Source: Actinomycetales bacterium UBA1416 (lineage in GTDB: Bacteria; Actinomycetota; Actinomycetes; Actinomycetales; Actinomycetaceae). Taken from it: a stretch of DNA of 64,000 bases. This document shows, in pieces, positions 56,335 to 64,000 of the stretch; position 1 is the first letter of the stretch, and each line of letters opens with the position of its first letter. The position numbers and the translations under genes were made by a program. The notes under the pieces were generated by a model, which had not been told where the DNA came from, made no database searches, and saw nothing but the letters and a program-made list of their open reading frames with translations. The stretch is taken from NCBI GenBank assembly GCA_002304945.1, contig DBPQ01000106.1:19270-83269 (forward strand), given 5' to 3'.

Positions 56335-57959
56335 CGGCGATGCTCGGACGGCAGACCGTCCACGAGCTGGTCTCGTTGCTGCGGACGCCGCTGACGATGA
56401 TCCTGTCCGTGGCGTTCCCGCTCGTGTTCTTCCTCCTCCTGGCGGCGTTGATGGGTAACGCCGTGGTCGACGAGCGGACCGGTGTGCGCATGGTGCAGTT
56501 CCTCGCACCGGCACTGGCGTCGTTCGGCGTTCTCATGGCGAGCTTCTCGTTCCTGGCCTCCGGTCTCGCCGAGGCGCGGGCGAACGGGGTTCTGAAGCGC
56601 CAGCTCGGCACGCCCATCCCACGGTGGGTGCTGATCGGTGGGCGTGTCCTCGCGGCCATGATTCTCGGACTCATCGCCGTCGGCCTGGTCCTCGGGGTGG
56701 GGGTGGCGTTCTTCGACCTCCAGCTCCTCGGGCGCTCGATCGCCGCGGTGGTGGTGACGCTCCTGCTGTCCTCCCTCACGTTCGCCGCCCTCGGCCTCGC
56801 GCTCGCTCTCCTGCTCCCCACCACGCCGATGGTCGTGGCGGTGACCAACGGGCTGGCCATCGTGCTCTCGTTCATCTCGGGCGTGTTCATGATGGGGGGC
56901 GACACCCCCCGGTGGATGGAGACCCTGGCGTGGATGTTCCCGCTCAAGCACATGGTCACGCTGTTCTCGGACGGACTGAACCCCTACCTCGAGGGCTCCG
57001 GCTTCCACTGGGACAACCTCGCCGCCATCGCCGCCTGGGGCGTCGCGGGCTCGCTGCTGGCTCTGTGGACCCTCCGGTCCGGTCGGGAGGCCAGGCCCGC
57101 GTCGGCACGGGCGGGCAGGGTGCGGGCGGTTCCGGCCGACGCCGCCCCCCGCCGCTCGGGTCGGCCATCCCACTGGACACTGCTGACCGAGCAGGTGTCC
57201 CACGCGCAGGCGATCCTGTGGCGCGACGCCTCCTCCGTGTTCTTCGCGGTGGTCTTCCCCCTGCTCCTGACCGCCATCATCCCCACGGTGAACGGGGGAG
57301 GGGACCTCGAGATCGCGGACGGGCTGCTGCTCGGGTCCTTCTACGCCGCCACGATGGCGATCTACGGCACCGCCGTGACCTCGTTCGTCAACATGCCGCA
57401 GGGTCTCGCCGAGGAACGAGAACGCGGCGTGCTGAAGCGCACGCGCGCGACGCCACTGCCCACGGGGACCCTGCTGGCCGGGCGGGTGGCCGCAGCCCTG
57501 GTGGTCTCGCTGCTCACGCTGGCGGCGATCGTCGTGCTGACGGTCCTCCTGTTCCGCCCACCCGTCCCTCCCGGCTGGCCCGTGGGGCTACTCGTGTTCG
57601 TGGTCTCCGCCGTGACCTTCTCGGTGACCGGGCTTGCCGTGGCGTCCCTGGTGCACTCCGGGCAGGCGGTCCTGGGCGCGACCCTCGGCACGCTGCTCCC
57701 GCTGTGCTTCATCTCGGACATCTTCGTGGTCGGCGCGGATCTCCCGGACGTCCTCGACGCGATCGGCTGGTTCTTCCCGCTCCGGCACGCCGCCCGTGCG
57801 ATGACGGACGCGGTCTCCACCCTGGGCACCCCGTTCCCGTGGACGCACCTCGCCGTGATCCTCGCCTGGCTCGGGGTCTCCCTCGTGGTCATCGCCACCC
57901 GTTTCCGGTCGGAGGCCGTGAAGGACCCCCGGCCGGCACTCAGCGCAGTGCGGGGATGA
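56331..57959 (+). CDS. fused tandem ABC-2-type permease (two 6-TM halves in one polypeptide)
   Basis: GTG 56331 (GTGA overlap with the ATPase stop) inside ORF 55932..57959. Two homologous halves are joined by the Arg/Ala-rich linker RSGREARPASARAGRVRAVPADAAPRRSGRPSHW. Confidence 0.85.
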   Translation: MTAMLGRQTVHELVSLLRTPLTMILSVAFPLVFFLLLAALMGNAVVDERTGVRMVQFLAPALASFGVLMASFSFLASGLAEARANGVLKRQLGTPIPRWVLIGGRVLAAMILGLIAVGLVLGVGVAFFDLQLLGRSIAAVVVTLLLSSLTFAALGLALALLLPTTPMVVAVTNGLAIVLSFISGVFMMGGDTPRWMETLAWMFPLKHMVTLFSDGLNPYLEGSGFHWDNLAAIAAWGVAGSLLALWTLRSGREARPASARAGRVRAVPADAAPRRSGRPSHWTLLTEQVSHAQAILWRDASSVFFAVVFPLLLTAIIPTVNGGGDLEIADGLLLGSFYAATMAIYGTAVTSFVNMPQGLAEERERGVLKRTRATPLPTGTLLAGRVAAALVVSLLTLAAIVVLTVLLFRPPVPPGWPVGLLVFVVSAVTFSVTGLAVASLVHSGQAVLGATLGTLLPLCFISDIFVVGADLPDVLDAIGWFFPLRHAARAMTDAVSTLGTPFPWTHLAVILAWLGVSLVVIATRFRSEAVKDPRPALSAVRG

Positions 57960-58926
57960 CCTCACTGGCGAACAGGTCGATGCCGGAGCGGTCGTACGCC
58001 GCCTCGGGGAAGTAGAAGATCCCGTACTCCATGCCGAGCTCGCCGACGGCGCGCAGCTTCTCCACGATCTGCTCCGGTGTACCCACCCCGGGAAGCCCGT
58101 CGATGGTGCGGAGCTGGCCCGCCAACTGCTCCTCGGAGAGGTGGGGCCGAAGTCGTTCCACGTACTGCGCCCGCCGTTCGGCCACCTCGGCCTCGTCACG
58201 CCCGATGAACACGTTGTAGTTCGCCGACCGGGTGATCTCGGCGAAGTCCCGGCCCACCTCCTCGCAGTGGCCCCGCAGGATCTCGCTCTTGCGGGCAAAC
58301 CCCTCGGGTGAGCCGTCGAAGTTGGTGTACTGGGCGTACCTCGCCGCAATCCGGAGGGTGACCTTCTCGCCGCCGCCGGCGATCCACAGGGGGATGCCAC
58401 CCTCCTGGAGGGGGAGCGGCCGGCAGATGGCGCCGTCGACGTCGTAGTGCTCGCCGTGGAACGTGGCGAGGCCCTCCGTCCACGCCTGCCGCATGATCTG
58501 GACGCCCTCGTCGAGCATCTTCAACCGCGCACCCGCGCGGGGGAAACCGTAGCCGTAGGCGCGCCACTCGTGTTCGTACCAGCCGCCGCCGATGCCCATC
58601 TCGAGCCGGCCCGCGGAGATGTGGTCCACCGTGGCCGCGAACTTGGCGAGGTACATGGGCGGGCGGTAGCCCATGCACGTGCACATCTGTCCGAGGCGCA
58701 CACGGGACGTGGCAGCCCCGAGGCCCGCCATGAGCGCCCAGGCCTCGTGGGTCGCCTCCTCCGACGGCTGCGGGGTGGTGTGGAAGTGGTCGTACACCCA
58801 GATCGAGTCCCACGGGCCGTCGTCCGCGTGCCGGGCGAGGTCCCGCATCACCGCCCACTGGTCGGCGGGCGCGATGCCCACCAGGTCGAAGCGCCAGCCC
58901 TGCGGAATGAACAGTCCGAATCTCAT
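57940..58926 (-). CDS. LLM-class (F420-dependent-type) oxidoreductase
   Basis: ORF 57940..58926. MRFGLFIPQGW...VYDHF...LEMGIGGGWYEHEW pattern. Its 3' end overlaps the permease 3' end by 20 nt. Confidence 0.85.
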   Translation of the reverse strand: MRFGLFIPQGWRFDLVGIAPADQWAVMRDLARHADDGPWDSIWVYDHFHTTPQPSEEATHEAWALMAGLGAATSRVRLGQMCTCMGYRPPMYLAKFAATVDHISAGRLEMGIGGGWYEHEWRAYGYGFPRAGARLKMLDEGVQIMRQAWTEGLATFHGEHYDVDGAICRPLPLQEGGIPLWIAGGGEKVTLRIAARYAQYTNFDGSPEGFARKSEILRGHCEEVGRDFAEITRSANYNVFIGRDEAEVAERRAQYVERLRPHLSEEQLAGQLRTIDGLPGVGTPEQIVEKLRAVGELGMEYGIFYFPEAAYDRSGIDLFASEVIPALR

Positions 58927-58961
58927 CCGACCAGCCTAGAGGGCCGCTCGCGGGGAGGTGC

Positions 58962-59567
58962 TCAGTACGCCGACGACGATGTCGGGCGCCGGCCGTGCTC
59001 CCGCCACTTGGAGACGAGCCAGATCACCGCGACCACGAGCACCACGAGGAGCACGGCGACGAGGAGCGGCAGGAACACCGACACCCCCACGAGCGCGACG
59101 GCGGAGACGTCCTCGGCGGTCGAGACGACGGGCCCGCCCGCTCCCGCCGTCGAGACGTTCACGATGGGTCGTCCGATCGCCTTCGCGGTGTGGGTGGTGA
59201 ACGCGAGGAAGATGCCGAGCGCGATGGGGATCCACGCCCCCGACTGGAAGATCTCCGCCGGATCGCTCACGGCGATCGTCTCCGAACCGGAACCGGCCGC
59301 GAACACCATGCCGCCCGCAGCAGGCCGGACCACGGTCTGCAGGACGTCGTTCACACTGTCCACGGCGGGCACCTTGTCCGCCACCACCTCCACCACGAGG
59401 AGGATGCCGAGGATCACCAGTGCGGCCGGCGACTCGAGCCACGCCCAGCCCGCAGGCAGCATCAGCAGGTCGGTGTACCGGGACAGCAGGCCCAGTGCCA
59501 GGAGGGGGATGTACGCGTTCAGGCCGGCCGCCATCGCGAGCCCCGAGCCTGTCAGCACTTCCAACAC
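58962..59567 (-). CDS. DUF4126-type membrane protein
   Basis: GTG 59567 inside ORF 58962..60407 (VLEVLTGSGLAMAAGLNAYIPLLALGLLSRY...). Confidence 0.7.
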   Translation of the reverse strand: MLEVLTGSGLAMAAGLNAYIPLLALGLLSRYTDLLMLPAGWAWLESPAALVILGILLVVEVVADKVPAVDSVNDVLQTVVRPAAGGMVFAAGSGSETIAVSDPAEIFQSGAWIPIALGIFLAFTTHTAKAIGRPIVNVSTAGAGGPVVSTAEDVSAVALVGVSVFLPLLVAVLLVVLVVAVIWLVSKWREHGRRPTSSSAY

Positions 59568-59600
59568 GTCACAAGAATGGCATGATTTCGTGAAGGGAGC

Positions 59601-60212
59601 ATGGGTGGGAACATCACAAATCGGGAAAGGGCCGCGATGGCGAGCACGGGCGACGCGCAGGCGTTGAGTTCCCGCGTCTGGACCGTGCCCAACGTGATCT
59701 CGATGCTCCGCCTCGCGCTGGTCCCCGTCTTCGCCTGGCTCATCCTCACCGAGCAGGACGTCGCCGCCGTCGTCGTGCTCATCGTGGCAGGCGCCTCGGA
59801 CTGGTTCGACGGCGTGATCGCCCGGCGCTTCGACCAGATGAGCCGTCTCGGCCAACTCCTCGACCCCGCCGCGGACAGGTTGTACATCCTCGTCACCCTC
59901 ATCGGCCTCGGCTCGCGCGGCTTCGTCCCGTGGTGGCTCGTCGCCGTCATCGTCGGCCGGGACGTGCTGCTGACCGCGCTCCTGCCGGCGCTGCGCCGCC
60001 GCGGTCTGGCGCCGCTGCAGGTGCACGTGGCCGGTAAGGCCGGCACGTTCGCGCTCATGTACTCCTTCCCCCTCCTGCTCCTCGCCCACCTCGGTGGCAC
60101 CCTCGGGTACCTCTCGCTGGTGGTGGGGTGGGCCGCCGCCCTCTGGGGAATCGCGCTCTACTGGCTCTCTGCCGGCATCTACATCCGCCAGGGCCTGGAG
60201 GCGGGCCGATGA
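59601..60212 (+). CDS. pgsA: CDP-alcohol phosphatidyltransferase (PgsA-type)
   Basis: ORF 59601..60212 (alternative ATG 59637). Motif SDWFDGVIARRFDQMSRLGQLLDPAADR matches D-x2-DG-x2-AR...G-x3-D-x3-D. Confidence 0.9.
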   Translation: MGGNITNRERAAMASTGDAQALSSRVWTVPNVISMLRLALVPVFAWLILTEQDVAAVVVLIVAGASDWFDGVIARRFDQMSRLGQLLDPAADRLYILVTLIGLGSRGFVPWWLVAVIVGRDVLLTALLPALRRRGLAPLQVHVAGKAGTFALMYSFPLLLLAHLGGTLGYLSLVVGWAAALWGIALYWLSAGIYIRQGLEAGR

Positions 60213-61024
60213 GCGCGCCCGCGACGCGGGCCGGCTCCGTGTCCGCCGGCGCACTGCGCCGGCTCCTCGAGGACCCGATCGGGCACGGGTACACGAAGGC
60301 CGCCCACGATGCGCCCCGGTCGCCGTGGCAACGCGCGGTGGCGGGCCTCGCCGTCGTCGCGATGGTCGCGGTACCCCTGTGGGCGGCGAAGGACCTGCGG
60401 AGCGCACGGTCCGGTGAGGGTGCGAACGCGGCGCTGCGGGAGCAGGTGCAGGGCGACCTCGCCGTCCAGGGAGCGCTCGAGGAGCAGATCGCCGAACTGA
60501 ACGCCGAGATCCTCGCCAGCCAGTCCGTCCTCCTTCCCGAGGACGGCGCCGCCGGTGCGGGGGCGACCACGCTGGGGATCCATGTCGGCACCGTCCCGGT
60601 CACCGGGCCCGGCATCGTCGTGACACTGGACGACTCGAGTGCCGGCACGGCCTCGGAACGGCTGCAGGACTTCGACCTCCAGGTGCTCGTCAACGCACTG
60701 TGGGCGTCGGGGGCCGAGGCCGTCGCCGTCGACGGGCAGCGGCTCGCCCCCTCCACCGCGATACGGAATGCCGGCGAGGCCGTGCTCGTGAACCTCACGC
60801 CCCTGTCCCCGCCGTACGTCGTGGAGGCGATCGGCGATCCCACGGACCTGCAGGTCCGCCTGGCCAGGACGCGGGCCGCGGGACACCTCGCGGTCCTGCG
60901 GGACACCTACGGGATCACGGTCGCCATCGACACCGCGGATTCGCTGGTCCTCGGCGCGGCGCCGTCGCGAGGCGTCCAGTTCGCGGAAATCCTAGGGGAG
61001 GAGCCCGATGAGACGATCTCGTGA
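60209..61024 (+). CDS. DUF881 membrane-anchored protein (division/cell-wall cluster)
   Basis: In-frame ATG 60209 of ORF 60128..61024 (ATGA overlap with pgsA). VTGPGIVVTLDD...DLQVLVNALWASGAEAVAVDGQRL. Confidence 0.85.
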   Translation: MSAPATRAGSVSAGALRRLLEDPIGHGYTKAAHDAPRSPWQRAVAGLAVVAMVAVPLWAAKDLRSARSGEGANAALREQVQGDLAVQGALEEQIAELNAEILASQSVLLPEDGAAGAGATTLGIHVGTVPVTGPGIVVTLDDSSAGTASERLQDFDLQVLVNALWASGAEAVAVDGQRLAPSTAIRNAGEAVLVNLTPLSPPYVVEAIGDPTDLQVRLARTRAAGHLAVLRDTYGITVAIDTADSLVLGAAPSRGVQFAEILGEEPDETIS

Positions 61025-61042
61025 CGGTGGGGAGGAGGGACT

Positions 61043-61375
61043 GTGCTCGTAGCAGTGGGGCTCGTGATCGGTGTGATCCTGGGGCTCGTCGTGCAACCGA
61101 CGATCCCGGCGGGGCTGCAGCCGTACCTCCCGATCGCCATTGTGGCCGCCCTGGACGCCATGTTCGGCGCCCTCCGCGCCTACCTCGACGAGGTGTTCTC
61201 CGACCGGGTGTTCATCACCTCCTTCATCTTCAACGTCCTCATCGCGGCCTTCATCGTGTTCCTCGGTGACCAGCTCGGCGTCGGGTCACAGATGACCACC
61301 GCGGTCGTCGTGGTCCTCGGCATCCGGATCTTCGCCAACGCGGCCGCCATCCGCCGGCACATCTTCAAGGCGTGA
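61043..61375 (+). CDS. small basic membrane protein (DUF1290/Sbp)
   Basis: ORF 61043..61375 with GGAGGAGGG upstream. Confidence 0.85.
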   Translation: MLVAVGLVIGVILGLVVQPTIPAGLQPYLPIAIVAALDAMFGALRAYLDEVFSDRVFITSFIFNVLIAAFIVFLGDQLGVGSQMTTAVVVVLGIRIFANAAAIRRHIFKA

Positions 61376-62109
61376 GCGTGGAGCGGAGCGTGTGGGACCG
61401 GGTCCGCGTCCTGCTGCGGCCGCGGCTCAGCCGCACGCAGGTGGTGGTCGCGTTCCTGGTCGCCCTCGTGGGCTTCAGCGCGGCCACGCAGATCCAGCAG
61501 GACGAGGCGGACTCCCTCTCCAGCCTGTCGCAGACCGAACTCGTCCGCCTCCTCGACGAGATCGGCACCCGCATCGACGACCTGTCGGCGGAGCGCGACT
61601 CCCTGCGTGCCGACCTGGCCCAGCTCCGCAACGACGTCACGTCCCAGGAGGCCGCCCGCGCCGCGGCGGAGGAGCAGCTCATGGTCCGCTCGGTGCAGGC
61701 CGGGGTCGTTCCCGTGCACGGCCCCGGGATCGTGGTGACCGTAGAGGACCCCCGCGGAGCCGTGCGCGCCCAATCCCTGGTGACGCTCATCGAGGAACTC
61801 CGCAACGCCGGCGCCGAGGCCATCCAGCTGAACTCCGTGCGCATCTCGACGACCTCGTGGGTGTCCCAGACGGATGACGGGATCGAGGTCGACGGCCTGT
61901 CGACCTCGCCGCCCTACCGGGTCAGCGCGATCGGCTCGCCGGACGCCCTCTCCGTGGCGCTCGAGATGCCCGGCGGGGTACTCTCGGCCATCCGTGCGAC
62001 CGGCGCGACGACCACCCTCCAGGAGCTCGACGACGTCCGCATCGAGGCGGTCCGCGTGCTGCCGGACCTCGTCCACGCGCGGGTCGTCGAACCCGACGAG
62101 GAAGGGTGA
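61372..62109 (+). CDS. DUF881 protein, second paralog
   Basis: ORF 61372..62109 (GTGA overlap). VHGPGIVVTVED...LIEELRNAGAEAIQLNSVRI. Confidence 0.85.
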   Translation: MSVERSVWDRVRVLLRPRLSRTQVVVAFLVALVGFSAATQIQQDEADSLSSLSQTELVRLLDEIGTRIDDLSAERDSLRADLAQLRNDVTSQEAARAAAEEQLMVRSVQAGVVPVHGPGIVVTVEDPRGAVRAQSLVTLIEELRNAGAEAIQLNSVRISTTSWVSQTDDGIEVDGLSTSPPYRVSAIGSPDALSVALEMPGGVLSAIRATGATTTLQELDDVRIEAVRVLPDLVHARVVEPDEEG

Positions 62110-62160
62110 TGCCGCACGCCACATGCGGGTAAAGTTGAGGAACAAGCGAAGGAGGCGATC

Positions 62161-62619
62161 GTGAGCGAAGCCAGCCGTGAGGGCAACACCACCCAGTTCG
62201 GCGCCATTGGCGCCGTCGGGGCCGAGCCGGATGAGTTCTCCCGTGCGTCCCTCACCCCCAGCGACCAGGAGGCCGTCGAGGCACTGCCCCCGGCCTCTGC
62301 GCTCCTGATCGTGCAGCGTGGCCCGAACATGGGTGCCAGGTTCCTCCTTGACGCCCCCCGGACGACGGCGGGCCGGCACCCGAGTTCCGACATCTTCCTG
62401 GATGACGTCACCGTCTCCCGCAAGCACGCCGAGTTCCTCGCCGAGGACGGCGGGTTCGTGGTCCGCGACGTCGGCTCGCTCAACGGCACCTACGTGAACC
62501 GGCAGCGCATCGAGTCCGTGGCGCTCAATGCGGGGGACGAGGTGCAGGTGGGCAAGTACCGTCTCACCTACCACCCCTCGCCGTCCCGGGTGCGGGAGAC
62601 GGGCGAGCGTCCCCAGTGA
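62161..62619 (+). CDS. garA: FHA-domain regulator GarA/OdhI
   Basis: ORF 62161..62619 with GAAGGAGG upstream. N-terminal phospho-Thr motif EGNTTQFG, then the FHA core GRHPSSDIFLDDVTVSRKHAEF...VRDVGSLNGTYVN. Confidence 0.9.
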   Translation: MSEASREGNTTQFGAIGAVGAEPDEFSRASLTPSDQEAVEALPPASALLIVQRGPNMGARFLLDAPRTTAGRHPSSDIFLDDVTVSRKHAEFLAEDGGFVVRDVGSLNGTYVNRQRIESVALNAGDEVQVGKYRLTYHPSPSRVRETGERPQ

Positions 62620-63362
62620 CCTCCCCACAGCCGGAGTTCCGCGAGCGGCCGCGCACCGGCTACTGGCCGTTCGACGCGTCCCAGAAGGGGACGATGACCA
62701 TCGGTTCCGTGCTCGCCATCCTCCAGGCCGAGTTCCCCGCGGTGACGGTCTCCAAGCTGCGCTTCCTCGAGGACCAGGGACTGGTCGAACCCACCCGCAC
62801 CGGCTCGGGCTACCGGAAGTACTCCCAGGCCGACGTCGCACGGCTGCGGTACACGCTGACGCAGCAGCGCGACCACTACCTCCCCTTGCGCGTCATCCGC
62901 GATCACCTCGCCGATCTCGATGCCGGTCGGGAGGTCGAGGAGCCGCGCACGGCACGGGTCGTCGCCCGCGAGGGCCGGTTGGTCGGTCCGATCTCCGGGT
63001 CGCGGGTCTCCGCCAGGGAACTGACCGAGCTGACGGGCGTTCCCGCCGCGGAGATCGAGGAGATGACGCGGGCCGGGCTGCTCGTGCCGGATGCGCGCGG
63101 GCGCTTCGCCTCCCAGAGCGTCGCCGTCGTGCAGGTCCTCGCCGACCTCGCGCGGCGGGGCATCGCCCCGCGCAACCTGCGCTCGATGCGGGCCAACGCC
63201 GACCACGTGGCCGGACTGGTCGACCAGGTGGTCGCCCCCACCAGGGCGCAGCGGACGTCGCTCGCCCGCGAGCGGTCCGCGGCCGAGGCGACCGAGCTGG
63301 CCGAGGCCATCGCCCGGCTCTACGCGAGCCTCATCCGGGTGGCCACCGACAACCTGGGCTGA
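62616..63362 (+). CDS. MerR-family regulator of the Rv1828/FtsR type
   Basis: ORF 62616..63362 (GTGA overlap with garA). HTH MTIGSVLAILQAEFPAVTVSKLRFLEDQGLVEPTRTGSGYRKYS. Confidence 0.85.
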   Translation: MTSPQPEFRERPRTGYWPFDASQKGTMTIGSVLAILQAEFPAVTVSKLRFLEDQGLVEPTRTGSGYRKYSQADVARLRYTLTQQRDHYLPLRVIRDHLADLDAGREVEEPRTARVVAREGRLVGPISGSRVSARELTELTGVPAAEIEEMTRAGLLVPDARGRFASQSVAVVQVLADLARRGIAPRNLRSMRANADHVAGLVDQVVAPTRAQRTSLARERSAAEATELAEAIARLYASLIRVATDNLG

Positions 63363-63417
63363 CCAACCCTCAACCTCAACATGACGGTTTGGTCTCGGTC
63401 GAACCTCTCGGCGTGTC

Positions 63418-63432
63418 CCACCGGCCCGGTGG
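63418..63432. promoter_or_regulatory. 15-bp palindrome CCACCGG c CCGGTGG between the two merR genes
   Basis: Perfect 7-1-7 palindrome in the 139-nt gap, 70 nt upstream of GTG 63502. Confidence 0.3.
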
Positions 63433-63501
63433 CAGCGGAAGCCCTAGCGTGGCTTCTGGAGATGCCGGTATCCTGAGCTTCCGGCAACGAATGGAGTGAC
63501 C

Positions 63502-64000
63502 GTGACACACACTGATGCGACTGCCGCCTCGTCGCGTAGTGGACAGGGAATGCTCTTTGGCGACACGCTTGCCGACATCGACGCCGCGACGGGCTACCGT
63601 GGGCCGACCGCCTGCAAGGCGGCGCAGATCACCTACCGCCAACTCGACTACTGGGCACGGACCGGCCTCGTCGAGCCGTCCGTGCGGGGTGCGAAGGGGT
63701 CCGGCTCGCAGCGTCTCTACTCGTTCCGGGACATCCTCGTTCTCAAGGTGGTGAAGCGGCTGCTCGACACCGGTGTCTCCCTGCAGCAGATCCGCCAGGC
63801 CATCACGCACCTGAAGGAGCGCGGTGTCGAGGACCTCGCCCAGATCACCCTCATGAGCGACGGCGCCTCGGTCTACGAGTGCACGAGCGCCGACGAGGTC
63901 ATCGACCTCGTCCAGGGCGGGCAGGGCGTGTTCGGGATCGCCGTCGGACGGGTGTGGCGCGAGATCGAGGGCTCGCTCGCCACGCTCCCGTCCGAGCGCG
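63502..64000 (+). CDS. MerR-family regulator (Rv1830-like), 3' end beyond right window edge
   Basis: Hand translation from GTG 63502 (or ATG 63550) gives ...GYRGPTACKAAQITYRQLDYWARTGLVEPSVRGAKGSGSQRLYSFRDILVLKVVKRLLDTGVSLQQIRQA..., open to the window end. It is not in the ORF track because it lacks a stop. Confidence 0.8.
   Translation, partial: MTHTDATAASSRSGQGMLFGDTLADIDAATGYRGPTACKAAQITYRQLDYWARTGLVEPSVRGAKGSGSQRLYSFRDILVLKVVKRLLDTGVSLQQIRQAITHLKERGVEDLAQITLMSDGASVYECTSADEVIDLVQGGQGVFGIAVGRVWREIEGSLATLPSER

Noticed and set aside
55369-56514. Upstream part of ORF 53785..56514
   Set aside because: It is antisense to the ABC ATPase. The lipoprotein signal peptide at ATG 55368 marks the real start.
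59568-60407. Upstream part of ORF 58962..60407
   Set aside because: It is antisense to pgsA and the first DUF881 gene, and is Arg/Pro-rich junk.

Overview
The window is very GC-rich, with third codon positions almost always G/C. It is densely coding actinobacterial chromosomal DNA. Gene content suggests a Micrococcales-like organism, but that is inference only. I call about 66 protein-coding genes, many joined by 4-nt start/stop overlaps. I saw no rRNA, tRNA, CRISPR array, transposase or integrase. Because of the GC content the six-frame track is full of long spurious antisense ORFs, so several true genes are only the tails of listed ORFs and I re-derived their starts by hand.

Left to right, the content is:
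- corA (5' part) and a DinB-like gene.
- A non-canonical thioredoxin system: a CX6C Trx-fold protein, a TrxB-like protein lacking the NADPH arginines, and ArsR.
- gabD, then a YbjN-like gene flanked by 18-bp direct repeats next to a DUF222/HNH gene.
- Small membrane proteins and a minimal K+ channel.
- Pyruvate:ferredoxin oxidoreductase coupled to a DHODH-like flavoprotein that lacks the catalytic base.
- argG with tandem ARG boxes, plus a carboxyethylornithine-synthase-like gene.
- MscS, and an uncharacterised gene followed by hppA.
- A dagK/ldcA block, and a GH13/CBM48 homolog with a substituted catalytic nucleophile.
- A repair island: mobB-like plus Prim-Pol, convergent on NifX-like, HhH-GPD and an ATP ligase.
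- trkH.
- A 16-kb block (34202..50457) of four transcription units arranged as two divergent pairs.
- An SDR gene wreck, then an Fgd-like LLM followed by a TreS-like gene.
- A NosD/F/Y-like beta-helix lipoprotein with an ABC-2 transporter.
- The conserved pgsA-DUF881-sbp-DUF881-garA-merR-merR division cluster.

The best candidate for an undescribed system is the 16-kb block. Each divergent promoter region in it carries a copy of the same palindrome core (ATCACCCG-N3-CGGGTG; the copy next to a large LuxR/LAL regulator is a perfect 12-3-12 palindrome). The genes it would control are almost all uncharacterised envelope or stress membrane proteins: HdeD, DUF360 holin-like, DUF1269, DUF6325-like, SHOCT, META, DUF389, membrane GDPD, and a membrane protein with six tandem two-helix repeats. 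All family names come from recognising motifs by eye. No searches were run.
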